This document shows positions 28,501 through 42,507 of a DNA stretch of 64,000 bases, one piece after another (positions within the stretch are counted from its first letter, which is position 1; each line of letters starts with the position of its first letter). The notes under the pieces were generated by a model. That model was not told the DNA's origin, did not search any database, and worked only from the letters and a program-made list of their open reading frames with translations. Made by a program: the position numbers and the translations under genes. Source of the stretch: the human T2T-CHM13v2.0 reference genome, Homo sapiens; the NCBI RefSeq assembly GCF_009914755.1, contig NC_060927.1. One strand, given 5' to 3'.

Positions 28501-29848
28501 GAGGAATTCACATCTTAATTCCGTTCCTTTATCTGCCATCCCTGCTTGGTGTCTTGCATCATGACTGATATTACTATGCCCTTCATATACAGGAAAGCAT
28601 TTCCTTGCTTGACTGCACCTCTATAATTGGCTTTTGCAGTTGGTCACTTTTCTCCCAGTCTCTGCTTAATGTGTGTTAGTAGGTCTTGGGCCAGGTCTTC
28701 ATCCTGACTGTCCTGTCCCTCAAGAGGTGATTATACAAATCCAAGAAGGGAGCTGCTTTTATTGCTCTCACTCCTGTTTCAATTTGCTAGCTGTTCCTGT
28801 GATTAAAATCAGCCTGTATGTATTTGCCCCTAAGATGGGCAATGTGGTTCCACATGTAGCCTTATGAAATAAGTTACCATCCTTTGGAATCTGGAGTCTT
28901 CTGGTTTCCAACTGGTTTAGCTCAGCAATGGGAATAACATTTGTTGATATTAAATTGGTCCCTGGTGGCCACCTTCTTTTTCCACTCTGTAGTTACCAAG
29001 CAGCTGGGCATGAATCAGCAGAGTTGAAAATATTTTAACCAGAAACATTTGGACTTGGCACCAAAGTTGTATTGCCCAGACCAAGGCAATACAGAGGTCA
29101 GCCAGCCAACTGACAGGGCACATAGCTACTAGCATTTGCTTACGGATGACCTGCCAGCAAATCCTGGATGAGAGTTCAGTATCTAAAAAGAAAATTAAGG
29201 AGGTCATAAATTGTATATTATTTTGCCTTGCATAGCAAAATCTGAATGTCGTTTAAAATGCTCCTCATTATGCTCTCTCATGTTGATGACCTGGATCCAG
29301 TTTGCAACATCTGTTAGGTTGACTTGATGGTGGTTGCAGATTTCAGGGATATTCAAAAGCCTGTTTTACAAGTGTCATAAAATGAACGGAAAATATTTTC
29401 TGTAATTTCAGATAATAGAGCCCCAGAGGCCTTTGATCATACTGAAAGAGCCCATGGTCAGCTTAAATCTCCCTCAGTTTCTATTCATTATGTTATGGCC
29501 CTGTGAAGCAGTCAATTCTAATTACACTGAAGAAAGCATTTGATTTTCAGTGACAGATTAATGCCTAAGCTGGAATATGCAAAGGCATGGAAATAGTGGA
29601 AACAAATGAAATAAATGCCTGATAGCTTGTCAGACTACTCTAATGAAGGGGTCTAAGTACGGGGCCACTTTAAGAATGGAATGTATATGAAGTGACTAGA
29701 CTGAATACTGATTCTCTTCTATCCCCCTCTTTTCTCCCCGTCTTGAAATGAAAGACACTGTAGTGAATCAAGATGTCTGTGAGTAATCAGCACTACAGTC
29801 CTCATCCATCAGAATCATTGAGCCTTGCTTGGATTGTGTTTTCTAACA

Positions 29849-30031
29849 TAGGGCTTGACAAACTATGGCCTGTGGCCAGTTTTTGTATAGCCTCATGAGC
29901 TAAGAATGGTTTTTATGTTTTTAGAGAGTAAGAGAAAACAAAAATGAATATTCAACAGAAAACCTACGTGACTCAAAAAGCCTAAAATATTCTCTATCTG
30001 GCTCTTTACAGAAAAAGTTTCCCAACTCCTG
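29849..30031 (+). mobile_element. MER58-family hAT MITE
   Basis: tagggcttgacaaactatggcctgtggcca...aagcctaaaatattctctatctggctctttacagaaaaagtttcccaactcctg; TSD ttctaaca / ttttaata. Confidence 0.8.
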
Positions 30032-30104
30032 TTTTAATATATTAATGAGATCAGTCTCTCTATGAGCTTAAATTGAATATTCTTAATTGTGCTCTCTGTG
30101 AGGT

Positions 30105-30240
30105 TAGCACAGTGGAAGTGTGGAAAAGGTATGGGCTTGAGAGCTAGATAGATATGGTTCTGAATCTTGGCTCTGTGACGTTCTACCTAGAGAACCTCAG
30201 GAAAGTAACTTAAGCTCTCTAAGCCCCAGAGTCCTCAGAG
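30105..30240 (+). mobile_element. MIR SINE fragment
   Basis: ggttctgaatcttggctctgtgac...acctcaggaaagtaacttaagctctctaagccc. Confidence 0.55.
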
Positions 30241-31802
30241 TAGACTCAGTGCCTTCCCTTCCACTTAATAGGATCATAGCAAATGATAATTCTTCAGTCA
30301 AAAAATAGTAGACCACCTATAAAGCCTGTGGGCAGCTGTAAAAACGTTGCAACAGGCTTGTGTGCAAATGGGCAAAGGGAGAAGCAAGACTTGGTGAACA
30401 CCCAGGGCTTGCCAGGCACTTGGTGTGGCACTGAGTGGGCATCATTTTATTACTTCAATCCCAAAGCAGGTTCCTCTGGACTATGGCATTGCTATTCTCC
30501 AGAGCTGGCTTCTGCTTCAGATTTTGATGAGGGTGCTTTTTTCTCAGCTCACGATGTTAGCGCCTTCCATGCTCTTTAGCTGCCTAAAGATGTTCATGTC
30601 TTTGGGCCTCTGCACTGGATACTTATCCAAGTGTATGTGAGGCTTTGGCCCTTTGGTGGTAATCTGCTGCCAAGAACGGTTCTTTCTCCCCTTTTCCCAC
30701 CTTCCTCTTTTCTTTCTTAAATATAATTGTGCATTAATTGGGTCAAAGAGAATTTGATCCTTCCTAACTGTTCCTTTCCTAAGTTGTCACTGTGATTTCC
30801 AAGTAACTTTAGACAAGGGATTTAAACCATTGTTCCTTTTTCTTTCTTCATAAAATGAAATTGGCAGTATTGCTGCTTTATACCAGGAGGACTCAGAAGC
30901 ATTGCATTCTGGGCTGAGAACGTCTAGGTACTTTTCATAGGAGGCTGAAATTGCGGGTGTGATTTCAGAAATAGTCTTCTTTGTGCTTGCTGTTTTGAAA
31001 TGACTGATCCTAGAAAGGTCTCTGGCTGTGTAGTTACACACTGCTTGATTTTAATAGAAAACGTTTAATAGGAGCATTTTTTTTTGGAGCCTTGCATTCA
31101 GTCTATGAGAGTCTGCAAGGCTTTAACCAAGAGAGTATGCAAAGACAGGGTGTTCTCCCTTTCCCTGGAAAGGTGGGATTGCTTGGCAAGTAGCCTTAGA
31201 GGAAGTGTTTAGTGTGTGACATCAGGGAGGGGGGCAGCTGGCCAGGATTTCTAACACCGTGATTACAGGTAGCACATGCTAAATTAGGGTTCTACACCGC
31301 TAGTACATGGCTGCATTTAGCAGGAAAGTGAAGAAGCCTGAATGTGAGAAAGTCCTTGCCAACCTTATAATAAAGTAGGTGATGTTTATAATGTCTATTA
31401 TGTATATAGCACTTGTCCTTCCAGAACAGAATTTCTTGTTAATATGTTACTTAAATATTCTACAGGGATATTCCTTTTGTCCTCTTTGGTACTTTTTTGT
31501 TGTTGTCTAGCAGGTATTATTTTTTTGAACTGGCTAGAGAAAACCCTGTTTTCTGGATGTCAAATATTTATTTCATGTACTTAAAGCCACTGAACACTTA
31601 GAAATGGTTAAGATGGCAAATTTTATGTTATTTCTATTTTATTACAATTAGAAAATTCAATTTTACATCCCCCAAATTATGGAGAGGCAATTAGCTTTTA
31701 ATATTAAAGAAATTATTTAAATAACAGCTATCTCTAGTTAAGTTTTAATTTTTTTTCTTTGGTTCTTTTACATTTTCAAGTTTAAAAAAATATGCATTAC
31801 TT

Positions 31803-32117
<315 letters not shown>

Positions 32118-32817
32118 TAACCAGATAAAATTTAAAAAAATTAGCGATGTTCTGTGAACACTAATAAATAATCCTCTCATACTTCTATAACAAAGTTTAG
32201 CCCATTGATTTGGTTTCATGCATGCATTTAAGCCAAAGTTTTTATTTCTGAATTCAAAAATATTACTCTCTGATAACCCTTGCCTCAGAGATTCAGAAGT
32301 GAAGTTGGTACATTTGATTCAATGGAACATTCTGCATACGTTTTACATCTACTTTATTCTAGAAAATAAGTTTTGACAACTTGACAGTACAGATCACTAC
32401 ATCTGAAACAAGTAAAATGCACCAATGGTATAGTCTACATATTTGGTAAATTTTGTTTATAGAGACATAGAAAAGTAAAGATCTTTTACTATTAGGCGTT
32501 TTATCTTTTAAAAACTGCAACTGACGGGATATATTAACTTGCTTAGATCAAAAGAATGTTGAGTTAAGAAAATATTTGGAAGGGGCTTACAACCTTTTAT
32601 GGCCTAGAAACTGCCTTTCTTTTCCCACCTAACATCTCATTTCATTGCCTTCCCCTCATCTACAGAGCTATGTCTTCATGCCTATCTGGACAGCTGGGTC
32701 CTGATGGGATCTGAACAGTAGATACTGCCCCGGATCAGGTTAAATCTGGAGCATAGGCCAGAGTGAACTAGCTTCAGCATAAGTGAAATAGGTGGATGAT
32801 TCAAAGTGACGGACTTG

Positions 32818-33656
32818 TCGTTATATGAAAAAGACACTCGCACATGCATGTTTATGGCAGCACAATTCACAATTGCAAAAATATGGAACCAGCCCAAATG
32901 CCTATCTATCAACGAGTGGATGAAGATGATGTGGTGTATATACACACACACACACACACACATATATGTATGTGTATATATACACACACACATATGTATG
33001 TATGTGTATATATATACACACACATATGTATGTATGTGTATATATACACACACACATATGTATGTATGTGTATATATATACACACACATATGTATGTATG
33101 TGTATATATATGTATATATACACACACGGTATATACCATATATATGGTATATACCATACGTATATGTGTATATATATGTATATATGTGTATGTATACGTG
33201 TATATATGTATATATGTGTATATATATATGTATATACCATATATATACACCACATAATGGTATATAAACACATACCATGGAATACTACTCAGCCATGAAA
33301 AGGAATGAAATAATGGCATTCACAGCAACTTGGATGGAGTTGGAGACCATTATTCTAAGTGAAGTAACTCAGGAATGGAGAACCAAACATCGTATGCTCT
33401 CACTTATAAATGGGAGCTAAGCTATGAGGATGCAAAGGCATAAGAATGATACAATGGACTTTCGGGATTCAGGGGGTAGGGTAGAAGGAGGGTGAGGGAT
33501 AAAAGACTACACATTGGGTGCAGTGTACACTGCTCAGTTGCACCACAATGGGTGCACCAGAATCTCAGAAATCACCACTAAGGAACTTATCTATATAATG
33601 AAATACCACCTGTTCCCCAAAAACTATTGAAATTAAAAAAGAGAGAGAGAGAGAAA
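32818..33656 (+). mobile_element. L1PB1-like 5'-truncated LINE-1
   Basis: gggagctaagctatgaggatgcaaaggcataagaatgatacaatggacttt 3' UTR; TSD aaagtga(c/g)ggacttg (32803-32817 / 33657-33671). Confidence 0.9.
32935..33275. repeat. TA/CA/TG minisatellite expanded inside L1PB1
   Basis: About 30-bp units like tatatacacacacatatgtatgtatgtgta; source of the six overlapping YI/HT-rich pseudo-ORFs. Confidence 0.9.
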
Positions 33657-34732
33657 AAAGTGAGGGACTTGAGACACATTTGGCATCCTTTTTGCCTTTC
33701 TTCTTATTTCTGCACAGTTAAATTTTACCTATCCTTCAGTACCTGGCTCAAATACTCTTTTACGAGGCTATATTTAATTCTTCCACTCCAGCATAAATGC
33801 TGTCTACCTGCTCTGAATTCTCCAAGCACAACTGTTCTCAGATTATTTTGTGGAGTACTAAATAGATGTTCATTGAAAGTAGTGCTGGTCAAGTAAGTTT
33901 GGGAATTCCTGTATGTCAGGGCTGCTTTTTAGGGAGCAGGTACAGGGGAGGGGGAGGGTGGTGGTACTTATTAGCATATTAAAGGTGCTGAGGAGCCTGC
34001 TTCATCCAGTGTTAAAAAACTTTTGATTACAGAATTTTTTTCTCCAGGAACAATGATTAGCATTTCAAGGAAGGTTCAAATTGTCTATAATGGTGCTTAA
34101 TAAACATTATTTCAAGAAATAACTCCTTATTCCATCATAATATAGTATCTATCATTCTACCATTAGAAATTATTCCCAAGGACTGTGCAGAGTGCCAGAT
34201 TTCTGCGACATATAATCAAAGAGAAGGGGAAGGGTGAAGAACATAAAGAGAAAATAGATTTTTGCCAACATAAACCAAACATTTTACATTTTGCTTAGGG
34301 CAGGGCTCTGAATAAGGGCACACATCCAGTTCTCTGGACTGGTACTGAACAGTGAAAGGTTATAAATGTTTTGAGTTCTTTTTCCCTAGGAAGGATTGGT
34401 ATGTTTAAGTTAGATGCCAGAAACTGAAAGGAAGAGGAATCTAAATGGAAACACAGTTGATTTACCTGAAAGTCACCTTATACTCCTTTTCTATTTTTTG
34501 CATTCTTGCACAAATATACCATCAGCATACAAATGAGCTTCCCTTTTCCATAGATCTCTTAATTTTTCCTTCATTGAGAGAAGAGACAAAGGAAGGGAGA
34601 AGTTTTAAAATATCTAGATTTCAATTAAACTGATTCTTCTCTCCTCCTTAAGAGTAAAAAGTATTGGGGACAATGGAGAAAGGAGTGGATTGTGTCTATG
34701 TGTGTGTACATTTGCAATCAAGAGCAGTTTCA

Positions 34733-34734
<2 letters not shown>

Positions 34735-34764
<30 letters not shown>
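34735..34764. repeat. (TG)15 microsatellite
   Basis: Directly visible. Confidence 0.95.
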
Positions 34765-34768
<4 letters not shown>

Positions 34769-35639
34769 CCATAGATCTCAGGTTAAAGCTTTAAATATTT
34801 GTGAGTATAGTGAGAATTGTTGGTTTGTTTCTTTTCTGTGAAAAACAACATTTTACGAAATGGGAAAGAACATTTATTTTCCTTTGAAGATGCAAATATG
34901 GCCTAAGAAAATGCAGTTAAAATGTGAGATTTAAGAAAGACAGAGTCTGTTTTTTTTTTTTTTAACCCAGCTAAGCACAGCCTGTATAAAGACAAGATAG
35001 CCTTAGTTTGATGTTGAAAAATTTCCCAGGTTCCTTAATTTTATATTGAAGACATTAGCCAACAGAGTTCTTTTCTGTAGATATGTATCTTCAGTGGAGG
35101 AAAACCCAAGGCCCTGTGTAGCTTCTGATGAAATATAGGGGAAAAAATCTAGAAAACTATAACTGGAAGAAGTTATGTTTATGCTACTTCTATATTCCTG
35201 AATAAATGGACAGCAAGGCATCTTCACCACTCAGTGAGGCCCCCATCATAAGATTTGAGAACTTGTTTGGCCTCACTTCTAACCTTATTTTAGAATTGCA
35301 CTGAGAACCTTGGACAATGGTTATTCTACAACCAACGTCTCCTTCCTTCTACTTTCCATTCTGTTATGTCTGAGTCTTTTTTGTTGGTAATTATTGATTA
35401 GAATAGTGATCAATAATCTCTTTAGTTCTTGGCGTTACTAGTGATTATAAATTCTTGCTGGTAACATTGGCATAAAGAAGAATGTGGAAAAGACAATGAG
35501 TATAAGAAAGTGGTAGAAAAGAAGAAAAGTTACAAGGAGGAAAACATGTGGAGAGAAAGAGAACAAAAAGGAAGCTGTAGATAAGTTTGGATCTACCAGT
35601 GGTCTTCTTGATCTCATACTTGCACGGGTGCTTTCAGTT

Positions 35640-36750
35640 TGTAAAGTGTGAGGATGTATCTGAAGTGGGAGGGCTTTCCAAAACCAGGAGTGGAATATAA
35701 GATTATATGTCAGACCAAGTAGTTTGAGGAATCCCTGAAGGTTTTTGGCTAAGTGAATGACATAATAAATGATATGCTTTAGCATGATTGATGTCAGAGG
35801 CGGAAGGACAAAATGGACTGGAAGAGAGGCAAGATTTGTTGAGATGTGAGGTAATGAAAGTGTGAACTAGAGCAGTGGTATTGGTGAGTAGAGAGGAAGG
35901 GATGTCTGTAAAGGCAAAAATGGCTAAAGATAATTGGATGTATATGATTACCAACATCTGAATTTTTACACGGCGCCTACTTCAGATATTCTGTTTTCAA
36001 ATTCTAGCAACGTGGGAAATCCCAATATTTTAATCTTCAAACTATTTTTCTTTAATTGCTTTTCTATTGTGTTGGCATTTTTCTGTTTTCTTATTTTTGC
36101 AGGTCATGTCCTAATTTTGGGTGCCTAAGTAAAGATTTCAGTGCCTTAATGGACTGAAGGAGACAGAATGGGCAAAGGTGACTGAAGATCTATGCTTTAG
36201 TTGCTGAGAGAGCTGTGGTGCCATTGATAGAAGACAGAGAAGTTGAGAAAGGGAATTGGTTTGATTGAAGGGATGGTTTGAAGGAGGCAAGTTCAGCTTT
36301 GGGCATATTTAGATTGAGGTGACAATTGGCCAGATAAGTATTCTCTTTTGATGATAGCCTGGAATGGATAATAGAGACAGGGATTGGAACCAGAGATTTA
36401 AGATTCAGCTATGTGGAGCTGTTGGTTAAAACCATGGAATACAGTCTATTCATCAGGGACTGTGTTTTGTAGAATAATCACAGTTAACAGATGGAAGGAA
36501 AAGGAGTATTTAAAGAAAAATAAAATCATAGCATGGGAAAACCCAAAAAGTACCAGTCAGGGAAGCTCAAAAAGAAAGGAATTTGAAGAAGTTTAATATT
36601 ACCAGATGCTGAAAAGATATCAAAGTGAGCTAAGCACAATGGCTTTGTTGAGAAGTTTGAAGATCTTCAAGAGCAGTATCGAACACAAAAGAAAGGTTAT
36701 GAAGCACAGACCAAACTACAGCTTGAGAAAGGTTAGTGGTGAAGTTGAAA
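35640..36750 (-). mobile_element. Decayed L2, interrupted at about 35940-36130
   Basis: Purine-rich L2 motifs (gaactagagcagtggtattgg..., agttcagctttgggcatatttagattgaggtgac). Confidence 0.55.
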
Positions 36751-37156
36751 CCAGCGTAAACTTAACAAAAAGAATAGTGTCGGACATGGTTTCTATGAAA
36801 TTAGCACCTTACTCAGATTGCTGGGATACAGTATTTGTTTGAAAGCCTTTGTTTAGTATTTGTGGCATAGTCCTAGTAAACTGGAATGCCTTGGATCTGA
36901 TGTCCAACTGAGTTTTTAAGCTCACTGCCCTACATTTCTTTCAGTTCTTTACCCAACTTAGTAGCACTTCTAGTACATCAAAATATTGGCTAAAATAACC
37001 AGACGATAGGGTTTAAAACTTTGGAAAGTAAGATAGCTCACAGAAAAAAGTAGCAGTTGTGCTATTAAAAATCTGATTCCACTTGATAGAGTCATTTTCA
37101 CTGTCCTTGTTTCCCACTTTCATTGGTCTTGTTAGACTACTTTCCTTCTATTGTCA

Positions 37157-37313
37157 TTTTTAATTTTATTCATTTATTTAGTTTTTATTAACACATAATA
37201 ATTATACTTATGTATGGGGTATACTGTGATGTTTTGATACATGTATATATTGTGTGAAAATCAAACCATGGTATTTAGCATATCCATTACCTCATACATT
37301 TATCATTTCTTTT
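37157..37313 (-). mobile_element. L1MA 3' end fragment
   Basis: cacataataattatacttatgtatggggtatactgtgatgttttgatacatg...catatccattacctcatacatttatcatttcttt. Confidence 0.8.
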
Positions 37314-38789
37314 TGATATGTTTTGGGACAAGCAAAAACAAGCTTGACTTTTTAAAAAATTTATTTATTTATTTATTTTTTTACTTGTGCATGGTTCTAA
37401 CTTCTGTTGCCCTGTCTCCTCTTTTGGTGAGCTGCCAGAAGTCTTGCCTTGATATTTACTATTTGGTATTTGGTCAAAAGTGATTAATATATTGCTGGTT
37501 AACTTGGTGGTAAAGTTGAGCAGTAGATGAAAGGACATGGAATGGTATAAACCATAATGATGGTAGACAGTAAGCATTGAGCCTAAAATGATATTCTGAG
37601 TCTAAGAATTCTGAACTAGGCTTTAATGCATCTAACTTCAGACAGGTCACTTGATTTCACTTGGCCTAAATTTCTTTTAAATTATAGGAAAAAATGTTTA
37701 AAAATTGCACTTTGTAAGACACCCTGAAATGTGTGGAATGACATTGCCTAGCCTCATTTAATATAACATAAGAAACTGAGTAGTCCAAGTTATAAAAATC
37801 ACTTGATGGAGGTCTAGACTCTAGACCTAAGTTTTTGTTTTAATTCCAGCATTGTTGAAGGCAAGGTATTTTCGCCTTTCCAAAACTCATTTTCCTGTGG
37901 ACAAATGAAGCCTGCACTACAGATACAATGATAATGTCAGTAACAGTTTCCATTTATTGAGCACTATTTTGTCATGTATTGTTCATTCACTCATTCTCAG
38001 CAAATAGTTATCAATTACCTACTATGTGTCAGATTGTCTTCTAGGTGTTTTCTAAGTGGTGTTATAGGGTATCCTACAGCAATGAAAAAATTCTTGCCCT
38101 CATGGAACTTACATTCCAGAGGGGACAATTAGTCAGTAAACAAAATAAGTTTTCACTGTGTAACATACTGTATATTTTATGTATTTATTTTGTTAATTGT
38201 CCTTCTCTATCTGCTAGCATGGATAGAGGGAATGGATCCATGGGGGAAGGGAGAGTAGCCTGGAGAAGTAGGTTGGTACCATTATTGTTGTTATTTTTAA
38301 AAAAATAGATCTTAGGTATACAGAATTATATTAATCATATTTTTTGCTCCATGACATCCTTTGTCATTTTATTGTTATTTATATACTAATAATGCAAGGA
38401 AATCCTATGAACCTATCACTGACTATGACATCTAGAACACTGGCAAGAATTTTGATCTTTTAAGTTCTCCCATTCATGCCTTATTTTGACATCATTTTTT
38501 AAGCCAGTAAGTGGGGACAATGTAGAGTCCAGATCGGAGGTGGGAAGAGACCAAAGGTGAGGAGACCAGTTGGAGGTGGTAGATGAGGAGAGGATGATGA
38601 GGCATAACCTTAGCAGTGATAGTGGAATGAAGAGCTGGATGAGATTGGCTTTATGAGAGAATGCAGTATTGCATTGTCATCATGGCATGGAGTTATTATT
38701 CATCAACTCTTTATGTTTAGATAAAGTACATGATGATGAAATCAACCTTGGTTTATTTGCTTTCATGCTTTCAACATGTAGTGCTACAA

Positions 38790-39510
38790 AGCTAGAGAAT
38801 CTCAAAATTTTTATTTCAGATTTAAAATTTTGCTGTAGATTAATTAAAACATAAAAGTACATGCAAAAGGATGTAAAATTTAATGTGCTAGAACCCCATA
38901 TTCACAGTACCTAGCATAAAAAGTTAAGTATATTAGTCCTCATATTACCCCTATTGATTTCATTTCTTTGTCTTCAGCCCCAGTAGTAACTCTGCTGTTT
39001 AAATATGCTGCTTCTCACTTTCTTACTTAACAACTTTTACTACATTTGCATGTTGCGCTAAGATAGATATTTATAGTATTGTATGGTCTTAAACTTCATG
39101 TAAATGATATTATACTGTATGTATTCCTTGGCAGCTCTGTTTAGCTCAAAATTGTTTGTGAGATTAATTCATGTTGATGCATGTAGCATTCACTCATTTT
39201 CACTGCTGTCCATTATGTGAATATACCATCATCTGTTTATCTCTTTTTCTGTTAATGGATATTTCATTGTTTTTAATGTTTTGGCAATATGTTGTTCCTA
39301 TATGCCAATGTTCCTATGAATGTTTCTGTAAATATTTCCTTGTGTACATATGCAAGAGTTTTTTTAAGGATATATTTTTAAGAGTGGAATTTCTGAGTAA
39401 TAAGATATACATACCTTAAACCTTACTAGCTATTACTAAATTGTTCTCCAAATTGTTTGAACCAGTTTATACCCCCATTTGTAGTGCAAGATAGAGAGCA
39501 TCCCTGAATT
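38790..39510 (-). mobile_element. Old L1ME-type 3' region
   Basis: aacttcatgtaaatgatattatactgtatgtattc...gagattaattcatgttgatgcatgtagc...agagtggaatttctgagt. Confidence 0.65.
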
Positions 39511-41841
39511 TTACAGCTGGGAAGACAGCCTGTATTTTGTAGACTAGTACTTCTCAACAGGAACAAAGCGGTGTGTGCTGTATGAGAATCACCGGTCATG
39601 GCCCTTGAAAGCACACATCTTTTCCTTCCCCTATTCCTCTCTAGGTTTTCACCCCTTGGTGTGTACATGTTTTGGTGCTGGGAACTGGAACATATAATTA
39701 TAAAAAACATATAATTATATGTTTATATGTTATAAAACATATAATTATAAAAATCTTACTTGTTGAGCCTAATTTGCTCTTTGATGACTGTCAGTTTAGT
39801 GGTTAATTGATTTAATAGTCTATCCTGAAAGCCTTTGTAACCCCATATTTTGTTTTGTTGGTTATGCTGCCTAACCCTAGTCATATTTTTTAATTTCTGC
39901 AGTTTAAAAAATTGAAATATATTAGAATCATTTTCTCTAACGTCGTCAAAATATTTGAAGCAATGGATTACAGTTTTCATATGTAATCCTTAAGAAATCT
40001 TTTTTGCTTAGCTGACGTTTTAAAGACAGGGATGCTTTAATGTAATAAAACCACAAAAAATAATTCAATTTTTTGGGAGTAAATTTTGGTTTAAAATGGT
40101 ACAGCTAAGAGTCCTGCAGTGGACGTAGGATTCAGCTTTCTCCACTAGTTATGACATATCTATCTGTTTTCCACCTGCTAGAATTTTGTTTTTACTGATT
40201 TTTTTCCTTTTTTCCATTATATTTGTGGACTTCTTTATCTTTAATCCCATTATTTTCTAGTAGAACTTTGGGAGGGAGCAAGACTAAATAGATATTCAAT
40301 GTGCCTTCTTTTAATTCCTTTTTTAAAAAAAATTAGTAATGGTATTATTAATCACTGAGTTCTTACTGTGTGTCAGGCACTGCACTAAATATATTATCTA
40401 TATAATTTCGTTTAATTATCTTGATAGTCTAAGGAGTAAAGAGGCAAAGGTGGGATCAGAACTAAGGTCTTCTGGTTGCAAAGCCTGTATTCACGCTATA
40501 CCATATACCCTCTAGGCCTAAAAAGAAAATTAAAAAAGATTTATAATGTGTGTACATGTTTAGTTTTTGTACTTTTTTGTAGTACCATTTATTAATTTAT
40601 AAAGTATTTAAGATTAAGGATAAATTACCCAACATAATTGTCATTCTTTTGAAATATTTTCCTTTTAGCTTTTTTTTCTAAAAGCGGACTTCTTGGCAAA
40701 TCACCAAATGAAATATTCTTTGTATGAAGAAATTAGTGTTTTTAAAAAGACAATATGAGATCATCCCATGATCCAGAACTCCATCATTTGAATAAACAAG
40801 ATATCTTGTCTTCTCTTATCTTTGCTCCTTTAGTTATTACTGTACCTTATAGGACACCTCTCATGATTACGGTCCTTGAAGAAAAAGTTCCTAAGGATAT
40901 TTTATGTTTTATATGTATTAAAATAAAAAATATGTATAACAAGAGTGTTTCTGGGTCCAAAATTTTGATATGTGTATTTGTTATTTAATATTATGTCATT
41001 GTCTTTAGGTTCTTTAAAAGTCTGTGTCTTTTAAAAAACATTGCATATTTATTTTTTGTAGATAAACTTCTTTCCTAACTCTGTTGAGCATTATGATAGT
41101 AAGTATACATGAGCGATATAGATTAGAAGGCATATTTCAATTCTGAAATATGGTCAATAGAAATGGTGAAAATATATTAGTAGCAATGACAACTAGCATG
41201 CATCCATTTGTAAGAATGTTGCAAATGGCTGGGCTGACCACAGGTGCTTTGTTACATTTATTTAACAAATAGTGGAGTATCTATTATGTTCAAGGCAGTG
41301 TCCTAGGCCCTGATGCATAAAATTGGATGTGAAATTAAGAAAAGTTGAATAAGAATATCTAAAAGGAAGAGCTAGTTAAACGACCATCTGTAAGAAAAAT
41401 AAAATGAGATCAAAAGGGGAAAACATATAAACAAAAACCATGAAAGAAAAAAGCAATATGAAAAGTGAATCTTAGAAGACAAAGTAAAAAATAAAAGGTC
41501 CCTGCTCACAAAGAGATAGAACTATCTTCTGTTATCTCAAGAGGAAAAAAAAGAAGCCTGCTTTACATAAATTATTATGCATAATTTGTACAGGCACTGG
41601 ACTCCTGGAAGGTTGCCAGGGTAGCTTTTGTTGAGATGAAATTCAGGGGACTTCTTATTTATAGGAAACTGGTTAATGTTGTTTCCTATTCTTTATTTAC
41701 TTTCTTTGATTTTTCTTAATGTTCTTCTTGATCACTGATGACTAGAGTAGTGAGAGAATTTTCAAAAATAGTTGATATATGATATATTAGTACAAAATAA
41801 TGTTAAGTTTCTTAATATATTGTGCAAATGTATAAATGATT

Positions 41842-41981
41842 TTTTTTTTTTTTGTATTTTTAGTAGAGATCGGGTTTCGCCATGTTGGCCAGGCTGGTCT
41901 CAAATTCCTGACCTCAAGTGATCTGCCCACTTTGGCCTCCCAAAGTGCTGGCATTACAGGCATGAACCACTATGCCCGGCC
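41842..41981 (-). mobile_element. AluS left monomer only, with poly-A and TSD
   Basis: Antisense left arm ending at the A-rich linker plus poly-T; TSD taaatgatt (41833-41841 / 41982-41990). Confidence 0.9.
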
Positions 41982-42089
41982 TAAATGATTATGTTTATAC
42001 TTTTAATTTATCTTCATATATGATGATTCTTTATAAATTTCATTTTTCATTTTCCATATTTATCATTATTGGTATAGAAATGGCCAGAA

Positions 42090-42330
42090 ATAATTACTAT
42101 AATAATGCTAATTGTTACCATTTCTTAAACATTTGCCATATGCCAAATACACTATGCTTTTTATATATTAGCTCATTTAATTCTCACAAGAATCCTATGA
42201 AGCAAGCGTATTGGTATCCCCCATTTATGGATGATGAAAGTGAGGCACAGAAAGATAATGTAATTTGTTTAAGAATCCTATAGCTACCAAGGCCAGGATT
42301 TAAATTCAGGCAGTCTTGACTCCAGAGCCC
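42090..42330 (-). mobile_element. MIR SINE
   Basis: ctcatttaattctcacaagaatcctatgaag...cccccatttatggatgatgaaagtgaggcacagaaag...ggatttaaattcaggcagtc. Confidence 0.75.
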
Positions 42331-42507
42331 TTGACAAGAATGCTGTTCAGTATTGATGACTAGGTCTGATTTATTCTGTAAATTGGCTTATTTGAATCAT
42401 TGTGGACATAATATCAAGAGACGGGAAGGACTCCTGCTTTTATTGTACATTTCATATCGAGACAAAGTTCTCACTGAATTTCAAAAAGAGATATAAATGT
42501 ATGAGTG

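Noticed and set aside
32682-33319. Six overlapping 110-198 aa ORFs
   Set aside because: Translations of a stop-free TA/CA/TG minisatellite
35940-36130. Insert interrupting L2 with an acceptor-like tract (ttttgcag at about 36102)
   Set aside because: Probably an old hAT-Tip100-type remnant; I cannot assign the family, and the exon would be tiny with a weak donor
41320-41500. A-rich block with reversed skew
   Set aside because: Looks like a decayed sense L1 ORF2 fragment inside an L2, which explains the composition
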